Assembly: GCA_934277615.1 (NCBI GenBank)
Contig: CAKQUV010000001.1
Coordinates: 121,035-185,034 of the forward strand
DNA: 64,000 nucleotides
Source: an uncultured Clostridia bacterium
GTDB lineage: Bacteria > Bacillota > Clostridia > Christensenellales > CAG-917
Direction of reading: 5' to 3'
Shown: positions 29,062 to 39,415 of the stretch, one piece after another
How the letters are laid out: each line of letters starts with the position of its first letter
Numbering within the stretch: position 1 is the first letter of the stretch
Notes under the pieces: generated by a model
The model's database searches: none
What the model was told of the DNA's origin: nothing
The model's input: the letters and a program-made list of their open reading frames with translations, nothing else
Position numbers and translations under genes: made by a program

Positions 29062-29468
29062 GGTGCACCTATTAACGGAATATGCCTCTTCGGAGACGGA
29101 ACTCGAGCCGCAGGGCGGCGAGCTAGTCGAGCGCCAAGCTTGACGAAAAGTACAAGCGACTGCGCCGTGTTGTTGCGTAGCTGGCGCACAAAGCGCAGTG
29201 GCATAATGAGGGAAATGTCCCTATCTATGCGCGTGCCGTAAGGAGCGAAGCGACGGAATAGCGATTGGTACGAAGTCAATCGCGTCGCGTGTCCCCCTGC
29301 GGAGCAGTTCCGTGGGTTCCCTCAAACGAAGTGCAGAGGGGGAATGGAATATGGGCGCGACGCGTTAAACGACACATTCGGCGAATGTGTCGTAGCCAAA
29401 GCGAACGAGGCGGATTGCGGTGCGCAAACGCCGAAGTCCAAACACCGTGAGGAAGGGGGAAATTGCAT
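29062..29468 (+). ncRNA. Candidate structured RNA/repeat family, copy C
   Basis: It is closest to copy A in its conserved blocks. It lies between the convergent 3' ends of gdhA and guaB. Confidence 0.5.
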
Positions 29469-29492
29469 TTAAAATATTTACAGCAACTTCGC

Positions 29493-30989
29493 TCAGTAAT
29501 TCTTATTTTTTATCATAACGTCGTGCGCGCCGCCTTCGACGATGCTTGTTGCGGACACGAGCGTGAGTTTTGCGTCTTTGTGCAAGTCCTCGATTGTCGT
29601 AACGCCGCAGTTGCACATGGTGGATTTGACTTTATAAAGGCTCTTGCGCACGTTGTCGGAGAGTTTGCCTGCATACGGAACGTAAGAATCGACGCCCTCT
29701 TCAAACGAAAGTCCGCTCTTTCCGCCGAGGTCGTAACGTTGCCAGTTTCTCGCGCGGTTGCTGCCCTCGCCCCAATATTCTTTGACGTAGTTGCCGTTGA
29801 TATTGAGTTTTGCCGTGGGGCTTTCGTCAAATCTTGCAAAATATCTGCCAAGCATAATGAAATCCGCGCCCATAGCAAGCGCAAGCGTCATATGGTAGTC
29901 TTGCACGATGCCGCCGTCCGAGCAAATGGGGATATATATGCCCGTTTCCTTGTAGTATTCATCGCGCGCCGCCGCCACTTCGATAAGTGCGGTTGCCTGA
30001 CCTCTGCCTATGCCCTTCGTTTCACGCGTAATACAGATAGAGCCGCCGCCTATGCCCACTTTGACAAAATCAGCGCCTGCTTTTGCCAAAAACAAAAATC
30101 CGTCTCTGTCCACCACGTTGCCTGCTCCTACAAGCACGCTATCGCCGTATTTCGACCTTATAAAATCAATGGTTTTTTGCTGCCAGACGGTATATCCCTC
30201 GCTGCTGTCTATACAAAGCACGTCCGCGCCTGCCTCGACAAGGAGAGGAACTCTCTTTTCGTAATCGAGGGTGTTTATACCTGCGCCGACGAGATATCTC
30301 TTTTCGCCATCAAGCACTTCGAGCGGATTTTCTTTGTGCTGCTCATAGTCCTTTCTGAACACGAAATATAGCAATCTGTCCTCACCGTCCACGATAGGCA
30401 ACGTGTTGAGCTTGTTATCCCAAATAATATCGTTTGCCTCGGAAAGCGTTACGCTCGACGGCGCAACCACAAGTTTTTCTCTCGGAGTCATAAACGAGGA
30501 CACTTTGTCATCGAGCGACATTCTCGACACACGGTAATCCCTGCTTGTAACCATACCCAAAAGCTTGCCGTTTGACGTGCCGTCCGACGTTATGGCAATG
30601 GTATTGTGTCCGTTTCTCTCGACGAGATCCAGTACGTCTTTTAGCGTATCGTCGGGAGTAAGGTTGCTGTCGCTCACCACAAAGCCCGCTTTGTATGCTT
30701 TGACTCTACGCACCATATTCGCCTCGTTCTCGGGAGATTGCGAGCCGTATATAAAAGAAATTCCGCCCTCTTTGGCAAGCGCAATAGCCATTTTGTCATC
30801 GCTGACCGATTGCATAATTGCCGAAACGAGCGGAATATTCAACGTGATTTTGGGTGCTTCGCCTTTCTTGAACTTGACGAGCGGAGTTTGCAAACTGACG
30901 TTTGCAGGAATGCATTTTTCCGACGTATATCCCGGAATAAGCAGATACTCGCTGAAAGTCCTCGAGGGTTCTTGAGAATACTTTGCCAT
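29493..30989 (-). CDS. guaB: IMP dehydrogenase
   Basis: It has the catalytic loop [11 protein letters not shown], a tandem CBS insert and a C-terminal flap. Length is 498 aa. Confidence 0.95.
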   Translation of the reverse strand: MAKYSQEPSRTFSEYLLIPGYTSEKCIPANVSLQTPLVKFKKGEAPKITLNIPLVSAIMQSVSDDKMAIALAKEGGISFIYGSQSPENEANMVRRVKAYKAGFVVSDSNLTPDDTLKDVLDLVERNGHNTIAITSDGTSNGKLLGMVTSRDYRVSRMSLDDKVSSFMTPREKLVVAPSSVTLSEANDIIWDNKLNTLPIVDGEDRLLYFVFRKDYEQHKENPLEVLDGEKRYLVGAGINTLDYEKRVPLLVEAGADVLCIDSSEGYTVWQQKTIDFIRSKYGDSVLVGAGNVVDRDGFLFLAKAGADFVKVGIGGGSICITRETKGIGRGQATALIEVAAARDEYYKETGIYIPICSDGGIVQDYHMTLALAMGADFIMLGRYFARFDESPTAKLNINGNYVKEYWGEGSNRARNWQRYDLGGKSGLSFEEGVDSYVPYAGKLSDNVRKSLYKVKSTMCNCGVTTIEDLHKDAKLTLVSATSIVEGGAHDVMIKNKNY

Positions 30990-31083
30990 ATTTCACCTCT
31001 ATAAAAATTTTTTGTATTTTACCATAAAAACCGCCATCTTCAAACCGTTTTGCAACCAAATCTCAAAATTAATTTTTCCTACC

Positions 31084-31112
31084 AAAAAGACGGCGTTTCC
31101 GCCGTCCTTTTT
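31084..31112. terminator. Bidirectional intrinsic terminator downstream of the GtrA-like gene
   Basis: aaaaagacggcg-tttc-cgccgtcctttttt. Confidence 0.7.
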
Positions 31113-31128
31113 TCAAATTGTTTGTATG

Positions 31129-31779
31129 TTATTGTTGGTCTGCGCCGCCTTGTTCGTCCGTCGTTTGCTTTGCGTCTTCGCTTGAGGCGACTTCTTCCGC
31201 ATTCTCATCGGCTTTTTTCGCTTTGGGCTTTCTGAACACCACAAACTTCTGCCACATAAACTCTAGCGCAAAGTTGATGATCATAACCGTACCTTCCGCA
31301 ATGATACCTGCAAGCGTAGCGTTTATCTTTGCAGAAAGCAACGGCTCAATCGTGCAGACGTACCACGTTTGGAAAGGATAAAACGGCACGTAGAACAAGA
31401 ATGCCAGAATCATTGCCTTGGGAACGTTGCTTGCGTCCTTAAAAGTGAACTTGCGATTGAGCGTGAAGTTCCAAAGTATAGACGCGCAAAGCGCAACGGT
31501 CGTTGCGACAAAAGTATTGATTGCCGTCGGTTGGATAAAGTTGATTGTCTTTCCGTCATCGGGGATGACGTTGTGCAGTATCGTGAACACAACAAGCTGA
31601 ATGATACCTGCGCTTGCGGCGCAAAGCGCGTATTTGATAAACTGCATTACGCCCTGACGCTTTTCTTTTTTGGCTTGTTTCTCGGCGTGTTTCACGCTGT
31701 AATCCGCAAGTATTCCGCTCGGCTTTTGCTCTCCGCAAACCTCTTGAACCTCTGCTGCTTGTGCGACGTTTTCGTCCAT
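31129..31779 (-). CDS. GtrA-family membrane protein
   Basis: FIKYALCAASAGIIQLVVFTILHNV and 4 TM helices match the GtrA-like pattern. The C-terminus has an acidic tail. The start was taken at M10. Confidence 0.7.
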   Translation of the reverse strand: MDENVAQAAEVQEVCGEQKPSGILADYSVKHAEKQAKKEKRQGVMQFIKYALCAASAGIIQLVVFTILHNVIPDDGKTINFIQPTAINTFVATTVALCASILWNFTLNRKFTFKDASNVPKAMILAFLFYVPFYPFQTWYVCTIEPLLSAKINATLAGIIAEGTVMIINFALEFMWQKFVVFRKPKAKKADENAEEVASSEDAKQTTDEQGGADQQ

Positions 31780-32021
31780 AATTTGTACCTCTATAAAAGT
31801 ATACAATCAGTTTAACAATCTAAATTTGCGATGTCAATATCTATCTTGATATTACTATATTTTTCTATACCGTCTGACATCGTTGTCAACGTATATTCCA
31901 CCTAAATCAATGAGCGCCGCAAAGTCCGTTTTTCTTTTCGCTTTGTGTCGATTTTGCACGAATAACGATTTTATATATTGTTTTGTGCTTATAAACACTG
32001 CCTTTTGGCAAAAATGCGCTT

Positions 32022-33452
32022 GTGAATATATCAGGGCTCGAGCAACTTCTCAAATCAACTTTCTCTCATAGCGACGACTTCAAGTGCCGTCGTCTTTTTG
32101 TCGGACAAAAGGAATGCATGTTTGCCTATCTTGACGGCAACATAGACAAAATGCTCTTTGAGCAAGACATAGTACGTCCTCTCAAAAATGCCGAAGATTT
32201 TGAAAAACCATATCTCAAGGACTTGCAAAACAAGGTTGCATATGCCGATGAAATCGACGTTGTGCCTGTAGCTCAAACGCCCGAAAAAATCGCGTGCTGC
32301 GACATCGCCTTTTATATTGACGGCGAGAATGACGCATACGTTTTTTCTTTGCGAAAACCCAGTGCGCGCGCAATAGGCGAGCCGCCTACGGCCAGCGTTA
32401 TGAAAGGACCTCGCGAGGGATTTATAGAGGAAATCAAAACCAATATGTCCCTCATTCGTCGCCGCATAAAATCGCCAGACCTTGTGGTGAAAACTTTTCA
32501 GGTGGGGCGTTATTCCTCAACGACGGTTGCGCTGATGTATATCCGAGGTATTGCCGACGATGCAATCGTCGAACAATTATCTCACAAAATCGAACGCATA
32601 GACGTTGACGGAGTTGTGGATAGCGCATACGTGCTTTCCTTTATCCAAACTCGCAAAAACTCTTTCTTTTTGCAGGCGGGTTCCACGGAAAAACCCGATG
32701 TCGCCAGCGCAAAACTTCTGGAAGGACGCGTTGCGATAATCGTTGACGGCTCTCCAATCGTCATTACGCTCCCCTATCTCGTATTCGAGGACGTTCAGGA
32801 CGGTTACGATTACTATTCGGGCGACTGGCGCGCCTCTATGATAAGGATGTTCCGCATGCTCGGCGCACTTTTGACAGTGCTGCTGCCCGGCGCATACGTT
32901 GCTCTTCAAACCTACCACTTTCAACTGCTGCCCATAAAGTTTCTTATGACGCTTATGGCGGCAACCACCAACATCCCGTTCCCTCCGGCAATAGAAATGT
33001 TGCTTGTCATGACGCTGTTTGAAATACTCAATCAAGCGTCCATCCGCATGCCGAGATACTTCGGAATATCCCTCTCCGTCGTCGGCGCAATCGTGCTTGG
33101 CGACACGGCGGTAAAAGCAGGGCTCATATCTTCGCCAAGCGTGCTTGTGGTTGCGCTCTCGGCAATAGGCATATTCTGTGTGCCCGACCAGGTAGGTCCG
33201 ATGTCGATAATGAGATTTTTGTTTTTGTGCGTGAGTGCGGTTACGGGATTCGTGGGCATGATAGTGCTTACAATCGTCATCATCGCTTATCTTGCAAGCC
33301 TCGACAACTTCGGCACTCCCTACCTCGCGCCTTACGCCCCTCGCATCATCCCAGACCTACAGGACGGCGTATTAAAAGCGAACGCGTCGTCTATGGAACT
33401 GCGCCCCTACTCTATCCCGACGACAAACCGTCGCCGTATAAGAAAATCATAA
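32022..33452 (+). CDS. Spore germinant receptor, A subunit (GerA family)
   Basis: GPREGFIEEIKTNMSLIRRRIKSPDL plus C-terminal TM helices. GTG start. Confidence 0.85.
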   Translation: MNISGLEQLLKSTFSHSDDFKCRRLFVGQKECMFAYLDGNIDKMLFEQDIVRPLKNAEDFEKPYLKDLQNKVAYADEIDVVPVAQTPEKIACCDIAFYIDGENDAYVFSLRKPSARAIGEPPTASVMKGPREGFIEEIKTNMSLIRRRIKSPDLVVKTFQVGRYSSTTVALMYIRGIADDAIVEQLSHKIERIDVDGVVDSAYVLSFIQTRKNSFFLQAGSTEKPDVASAKLLEGRVAIIVDGSPIVITLPYLVFEDVQDGYDYYSGDWRASMIRMFRMLGALLTVLLPGAYVALQTYHFQLLPIKFLMTLMAATTNIPFPPAIEMLLVMTLFEILNQASIRMPRYFGISLSVVGAIVLGDTAVKAGLISSPSVLVVALSAIGIFCVPDQVGPMSIMRFLFLCVSAVTGFVGMIVLTIVIIAYLASLDNFGTPYLAPYAPRIIPDLQDGVLKANASSMELRPYSIPTTNRRRIRKS

Positions 33453-33468
33453 AACAAGAACTTTAACT

Positions 33469-34704
33469 ATGCAAAACTTTACTGTAAAACACGGATTGCG
33501 CAAAAACCTACCCATAGGCACACTATACAACAGTCAGGTGGCGTCAATTATTCTTATGGTAGGAATAGCCTTCAAACTCTCCGCCGCCCCCGGAATGATA
33601 TCCTCGTATTACGGCTCTTCCACGCTTTGGGTTTTCATATCTTTTTCCGTGGTTGAACTTATATGCGCCTTTATGATATTCGCCTTTTCTCGCATGAGCG
33701 GCGACGGTTTTTTGATTGCCACCAATTCGCTTTGGTACAAAGCGATATGCGCCGTTGCATTTGTGCTTTTGAGCATAAAATGCACGTTCTATTTTTGCTA
33801 TTGCGCCTCATACCTCACCCACGAATTGTTTACGGGCGCGCAACCCGTCTTTATATACGTACTCATCATAGTGCCGATAATCTATCTCGGAGCGAAAGGC
33901 ACTCGCTCTATAGCGCGCTCTTGCGAGTTGTTTGCGCCGCTGTTTCTGGCAGTGATAATCCTCAATCTCGCATTTTTGGACACGGAATTCGACATAGGTC
34001 GCAATCTCCCCGTTTTCTCGGTAAGTCCCGTCGACTTCTTTTCAAAGCTTCCGCATTACGGGCTATGGCTTGGCGATTTGTTGCCTTTTGCATTTATACG
34101 CATTCGCAATAAAAAACTGCCCTATATAACGTGCGGCGTTGCGATAACGTGGGTGCTTGCCAACCTAATCGTAATGTTCGGAGTGGCAATTTACGGCGAC
34201 GCGCTCAAAATGGTGTCCGACCTTCTCATCCACATCGCGAGTTTCAACCAACTATCTCTCGAAATAGGCAGAATGGAATGGACAAACCTCTTTGTCATCC
34301 TTGCGATGTCCATATTCTCCATATCCTTTCTATACGACGGCGCAAACAACGCCTTCCGACGTGCGTTCGGCTCGGCGGTACCCTCAAAAATCATATGCCC
34401 TATCGTAATTCTTTGCACGGCGATATTCGTAACGTCCACTCAAACGGTAACGGATTTTGCCGTAGGCGCATTCGGCTACGCATTGTCGATAACGTCCGTT
34501 GCCGTACCCCTTTTATTCCTTATTTTCGCCCTTGTGCAAAAGCGAAAAATGCGCGGATTTTACAATGCTGCCGACAGCGAATATATACCTCAAAAAGTCA
34601 AAAAACCGTCCGTTCCCGACAGTGAACTCGACGGCGTATTATGCAACGAAAAAGGCACTTGCGCAACGCTTGCCGCACACGGCGCGACAGGAGGCGACCA
34701 ATGA
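33469..34704 (+). CDS. Spore germinant receptor, B subunit (APC-type permease-like)
   Basis: About 10 TM helices, in the operon position after the A subunit. Confidence 0.8.
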   Translation: MQNFTVKHGLRKNLPIGTLYNSQVASIILMVGIAFKLSAAPGMISSYYGSSTLWVFISFSVVELICAFMIFAFSRMSGDGFLIATNSLWYKAICAVAFVLLSIKCTFYFCYCASYLTHELFTGAQPVFIYVLIIVPIIYLGAKGTRSIARSCELFAPLFLAVIILNLAFLDTEFDIGRNLPVFSVSPVDFFSKLPHYGLWLGDLLPFAFIRIRNKKLPYITCGVAITWVLANLIVMFGVAIYGDALKMVSDLLIHIASFNQLSLEIGRMEWTNLFVILAMSIFSISFLYDGANNAFRRAFGSAVPSKIICPIVILCTAIFVTSTQTVTDFAVGAFGYALSITSVAVPLLFLIFALVQKRKMRGFYNAADSEYIPQKVKKPSVPDSELDGVLCNEKGTCATLAAHGATGGDQ

Positions 34705-35855
34705 AAAAACAGACGGTTCCATCCTATCTCGCACGCACAAAATGGTTTGTCTTTGCCCTCATTACGCTCATCCTCATAGTGTTCGGTCGCACGGTGGAAA
34801 CGCCCTCGCTCACCAAATCCGCCGTGGTGCTGGGCATAGGCATAGACTATGCGGAGGACGCCTCTCTTTTCACCGTAAGCGCGCAATGTGTTCTTGTCGG
34901 GTCGTCAAGCGGCGACACGTCGGAAACGACTTTCAACACCTACTCGTCATCGGGCAATACTATTGCAGGCGCAATGGATGGTATTTCACGCAAAATGGGG
35001 TTAATCATATCGCTTGCGCATTGTAATGTGGTTGTTATGTCGCAATCCGCGCTTAAACTCGATCATATGCAACTTATATATCCACTCACGGAAATGTACG
35101 CTTTGCCCGAGCAAACCATAATCGTCTCCTGCCCGGATTCGCCCGAAAAACTGCTCTCTTTGCGTGTAGGTTCGACGCTCAGCGCGCCCTTCTTTTTGCA
35201 GCAAGCGCTCATAAACGAAGAGAGTTCCGACGGTATGATCCGCACCACCTCAAAGGACTTCTTGGCACGCTCGCTATCTCGCAGCGAGGCAAACGCAGTG
35301 CCCTATATCAAGGTGCAAAAACTACAAAGTCCGCCCATTAGTCAGCAAGGCAACGACGAGGATTCATACGAACTTCTGATAGGCGACGCGCTTGTGTTTA
35401 ATCACAACAAATTTGCAGTGATAGACAAGGAGCACGCCGAGGTGCTTGCCCTCTTCCTCGGACACGGCGTAACCGGCACTTTCAACTACACTGATTCAGA
35501 GGGCGGTTCTATGGAATTTAAGGTGCTCAAAAAAGACGTCAAACTAAAAGCGAACGGGCGCGACGTAAAAGCGGAAATCAATCTTTCCGTCGATTTGAGC
35601 GACGTGCAGAACGTAAGCACCGACAAAGTGCTTTCAAGCGCGGACGAAATAGTAAAGCGGTACGCCCAAAACCTTGCGGACGATATAAAAGCCAAATTCG
35701 AATATCTTTATGAGTTTTCAAAAAAGGAAAATATCGACTTTTTGAATTTGCAGACAAAAGCTTATCAATCGGTGGGGCGCGCTCTCGAGCATGACTGTCT
35801 TTCTACCATATCTTTCACCCCAACCGTCAAAATCAGCGTACGAGAAACGGGCTGA
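34701..35855 (+). CDS. Spore germinant receptor, C subunit (Ger(x)C family)
   Basis: An ATGA overlap with the B subunit places the start at M21 of the tracked ORF. The N-terminal anchor is followed by AVVLGIGIDY, typical of Ger(x)C. Confidence 0.75.
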   Translation: MKKQTVPSYLARTKWFVFALITLILIVFGRTVETPSLTKSAVVLGIGIDYAEDASLFTVSAQCVLVGSSSGDTSETTFNTYSSSGNTIAGAMDGISRKMGLIISLAHCNVVVMSQSALKLDHMQLIYPLTEMYALPEQTIIVSCPDSPEKLLSLRVGSTLSAPFFLQQALINEESSDGMIRTTSKDFLARSLSRSEANAVPYIKVQKLQSPPISQQGNDEDSYELLIGDALVFNHNKFAVIDKEHAEVLALFLGHGVTGTFNYTDSEGGSMEFKVLKKDVKLKANGRDVKAEINLSVDLSDVQNVSTDKVLSSADEIVKRYAQNLADDIKAKFEYLYEFSKKENIDFLNLQTKAYQSVGRALEHDCLSTISFTPTVKISVRETG

Positions 35856-36088
35856 TTCACGCCCGTTCGCTTTGCGCTCATATAGTAAAGCGGAGGCTTT
35901 TATGGACTACACACTTCCCGACGACGCGACAATGGAAAAAATGCGCCAAGCCTATAACGAACAACTCTCTCGCAAGGCGGACGCGCTCTGCTACATACCC
36001 GACGCTGTAAGCGTCGCGCCCGAACGCTTTACGTGCGCGCATATTTTATTTCTTTACATTGCAATGCTTTTGAGGTATAATAACGGGT

Positions 36089-37753
36089 ATGGAAATCAAA
36101 TTTATGACGCCCACGGAAGTGTGGGAGGGATTCGATGCTCACAAAGCGCCTTTGGAAGCATCAATAATCTCGGCGCAATCGCAAGATAACATCGTTTGCT
36201 CGCAGCAGATATTCACGGCGGACACGACAAAAGAAGGTCGCGTGCGTGTCTTTTGCAAGATTTATTACGACGGACGTTGGCAAGACAAACGCCCTGCGCT
36301 TTTGGTTTTGCCCTCTTTTGACAACCCCTATTCCAACGAGGCGATACGCTATCTCGTGGAGGAGGGCTACGTTACTTGCCTGCTCGATTATTGCGGAACT
36401 TTTGTGGATACCCACACCTCTTACCCCTCGGATTTGAGCTTTGCCGCACTCCCCTCTTGCAGAGAGCATCTTGACGACATTCACGGCGGCGCGCGCAACA
36501 CGCCTTGGTTTGTATGGAGCAAGGTCGCAAGAAGAGCCATAAGTCTGCTCGAAGAGCAAAGCCTTGTGGCGGCAGACCGTATTGGCGTAATAGGATTCGG
36601 CATAGGCGCTCAGCTTTCGTGGCAAGTTGCAGGCACGGACAACAGAGTACGTGCGCTTGTCGCGGCAAACGGCGGCGGCTACCGCTGGGCAACCGACAGC
36701 CCCAAATTCCTGGGCAAGGACATCCCGTCCGACGACGAGCAACTTGCATATTCCACAGGCGTGGGCGCGGAAACGTACGCAATGTTTGTGCATTGCCCCA
36801 CACTTGCGATTGCAACCAGAGATTCCGTTGCTTGCGACGTTGACAGAATCGGCGACATGCTCGACCTTGTCAAATGCAAGGAAAAACAACTCATAATATC
36901 CGACTCCTGCGGTCAACAATTGACAAAATCCGTCGGCGCCGCCTGCCTTTGCTGGCTGCGCAAGCATCTTGCCTCCGACGGCGACGAAGCCGCAACTATG
37001 CCGACAATGAAATTTGACACCACGGACGGTAGATTGTACGTTCGCGTCAACTCCGCAAAAGGCGCAAAATCTCGCAGATTGTACATAAGCTACGGCGAGC
37101 CGATATCCAAGGAACGCTATTGGCGAGTGCTTGACATCAAGCAAAAAGTCGGCGAACACGAGTATGTATGCGACGTGCCCGTGTATGACGAAAACGAACT
37201 TATAGTGGCATACGCCACAATCGATTACGACGACGGCGACATCATCTCCACAAAAGTTATCGACGTCATTCCCTCAAAGCACGACGTTACGGCAATCGAC
37301 TCTGCTATGCGCAATTCCAGCATCATTTACGACGGAAGTATGGGTATAGGCGGCTTCTCTGCAAAGTCCGATTCCGCACTCCTTGACGAAAACTCCCTCA
37401 AAGTCAAAGAAGGTCCTTTCGGCATAAAGGGAATTACGCTCGACAGCGGAGTTCTCTCTCTTTGCCGCAGTATACACGAGATGAAGGCGCTTCCTCGCTC
37501 TGCGTCGCTGCACATAGACGCATACTCAAAAACCGAGCGCAAATTGGAAGTGTCCGTATTGTCTTATCCGGAGCTCAAACGCTACACCGCTCATGCCGAC
37601 CTCACCGGCGGCGAGTTCTGGCAAAAATTGCTTTTCGAATGTTCCGACTTCAAGAGCGAAGAAGGCAGAACACTATCCGCTTTCAGCAACGCGAAAGTGA
37701 TTGAAGTCATCTCTGTGGACGGCGCGATACTCAACAATTTTTTGTGGATTTGA
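36089..37753 (+). CDS. Alpha/beta-hydrolase-fold-like protein, nucleophile position degenerate
   Basis: The N-terminal third resembles acetyl-xylan-esterase/dienelactone-hydrolase folds. The elbow reads VIGFGIGAQ (G-F-G-I-G), so the Ser is absent. Confidence 0.5.
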   Translation: MEIKFMTPTEVWEGFDAHKAPLEASIISAQSQDNIVCSQQIFTADTTKEGRVRVFCKIYYDGRWQDKRPALLVLPSFDNPYSNEAIRYLVEEGYVTCLLDYCGTFVDTHTSYPSDLSFAALPSCREHLDDIHGGARNTPWFVWSKVARRAISLLEEQSLVAADRIGVIGFGIGAQLSWQVAGTDNRVRALVAANGGGYRWATDSPKFLGKDIPSDDEQLAYSTGVGAETYAMFVHCPTLAIATRDSVACDVDRIGDMLDLVKCKEKQLIISDSCGQQLTKSVGAACLCWLRKHLASDGDEAATMPTMKFDTTDGRLYVRVNSAKGAKSRRLYISYGEPISKERYWRVLDIKQKVGEHEYVCDVPVYDENELIVAYATIDYDDGDIISTKVIDVIPSKHDVTAIDSAMRNSSIIYDGSMGIGGFSAKSDSALLDENSLKVKEGPFGIKGITLDSGVLSLCRSIHEMKALPRSASLHIDAYSKTERKLEVSVLSYPELKRYTAHADLTGGEFWQKLLFECSDFKSEEGRTLSAFSNAKVIEVISVDGAILNNFLWI

Positions 37754-37786
37754 AAATAATTTGCAAAAGATAAAATATACTTTGAT

Positions 37787-38410
37787 ATGCAAGATTCATT
37801 ACAAACGGACATCCCGGAAGTTCAGCCCGAACACAACAACTCAAAGCGCATAATCATATCCGTGATATGCGTGCTTTTGGTTGTGGCGCTTGCGGTAACT
37901 AGCGCGTTGCTCCTCAAAAAGTACGTGTTCTCGTCCTTCATTGTGGACGGCATATCAATGTATCCCACTCTTGACGGCGGCAACGGCGCAATGATAGAGG
38001 GCGACAGCGACAAGGAACGCACCAACGGCGAAGTTCTATATCTCAACAAAAAGGCAGAGCTAAGACGCGGCGATATCGTAGTCTTTACGCCGGACTGGAT
38101 TGCGGACGGAAAGACCGGGCAAAACGCCTCTCTCGTAAAGCGCGTAATTGCGCTCGGCGGCGACCATATTCAAATAACGGGCGGCAAAGTATACGTCAAC
38201 GGCGAAGCGCTTGACGAGCCTTATATAAACAGCGATTCCGTCATGGAAGAAGAGATAGATTTGGTCGTACCCGACGGACAAATGTTTTGCATGGGCGACA
38301 ACCGCAACCACTCTGCCGATAGTCGCGTTTACGGTTGCGCAAGCCTCGATACGCTTGTGGGAAAGTGCTTCCTGATAAAAGGTCTGGACGGTAAATTGCG
38401 CAAGCCTTAA
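37787..38410 (+). CDS. lepB: Signal peptidase I
   Basis: N-terminal TM, then GISMYPTL (catalytic Ser), VKRVIALGGD (Lys) and GDNRNHSADSR. Confidence 0.9.
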   Translation: MQDSLQTDIPEVQPEHNNSKRIIISVICVLLVVALAVTSALLLKKYVFSSFIVDGISMYPTLDGGNGAMIEGDSDKERTNGEVLYLNKKAELRRGDIVVFTPDWIADGKTGQNASLVKRVIALGGDHIQITGGKVYVNGEALDEPYINSDSVMEEEIDLVVPDGQMFCMGDNRNHSADSRVYGCASLDTLVGKCFLIKGLDGKLRKP

Positions 38411-38561
38411 TTCATAGAAAGCCGTTGTTGCAAACAACTCAAACGACAAAAACGATGCAAACAATACGACAAATTATGCCGCTTGCAATACCATTTGCGC
38501 CTCGTCCAAGAGTTGCATTATATTGCAAAATCAACGGTTTATGACACAAAAATATATGTTT

Positions 38562-38594
38562 AAACTCTCGCTTTGGGCGAGAGTTTGTTTTTTT
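38562..38594 (+). terminator. Intrinsic terminator
   Basis: Stem aactctcgc/gcgagagtt, then tgttttttt. Confidence 0.7.
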
Positions 38595-38694
38595 GTTTAT
38601 ATTGTGATTTGACTTTAAAGATGCGAAATTCTTGTGTAGCAACGGCTTGCAGAGCAAGCCGTCGCCGTCTCCCTCCCGACCTCCCAAAATCAAA

Positions 38695-39405
38695 TCATTT
38701 TATTTCTTCGATATAGTGGATGTATTCGATACTTCTCAACGCCTCGATAATTTCATCGTGCGTTTTGTATTTTTTAAGCTCTTTACTTTCAATGGAAAGT
38801 CGCAAAGAATACACGCTGAGTCCCGAGTTGATAAAAGCCGAATTGAGTTCCACGTCGTCTATGCGCATGCCCAGTTGTCGAAGGGTTGACATAAACGTTT
38901 GCAAATCGTTTTTGGACAACAATTCAAGATGAATTTCAAAGTGGCTGGAGCGTTGTTTGAGATATTTTTCAAGCGTCGGAAACGCTTGCAAAATCACCAC
39001 GTAAACAACAAGCAATACAAGCGCGATTGTGTATAATCCTGCGCCGACTATAAGCCCGAAAACACTGCACGACCACAGCCACGCCGATGTCGTAAGACCT
39101 TTGATTTGGTTTTTTGCGCCAAACAAAATGGAGTTGCCGCCAAGCATCGCAGTGCCGATTATCGCGCCAACCGAACAGACAGGCACTTTGAGTCCGAAAC
39201 TTGCGTCAATCAACATACACGCCGTTGACGACAGCGAGAGCAAAATGAACGTTTTAAGCCCTGCGGTGTGTCCTTTTGTGGACCTTTCGCACCCCACGTA
39301 AAACGCAAACAGCACGGGCACCAACACCCTCAACAATATGGAATATACCGTAACGGTATAAGACCATTCCCCCATAACCCTGGCAAGCGGATCGATATAA
39401 TTCAT
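38695..39405 (-). CDS. mgtC: MgtC/SapB family protein
   Basis: N-terminal MgtC membrane domain (RVLVPVLFAFYVGCERSTKGHTAGLKTFILLSL) plus a C-terminal ACT-like soluble domain. Confidence 0.8.
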   Translation of the reverse strand: MNYIDPLARVMGEWSYTVTVYSILLRVLVPVLFAFYVGCERSTKGHTAGLKTFILLSLSSTACMLIDASFGLKVPVCSVGAIIGTAMLGGNSILFGAKNQIKGLTTSAWLWSCSVFGLIVGAGLYTIALVLLVVYVVILQAFPTLEKYLKQRSSHFEIHLELLSKNDLQTFMSTLRQLGMRIDDVELNSAFINSGLSVYSLRLSIESKELKKYKTHDEIIEALRSIEYIHYIEEIK

Positions 39406-39415
39406 TTTGCACCTC

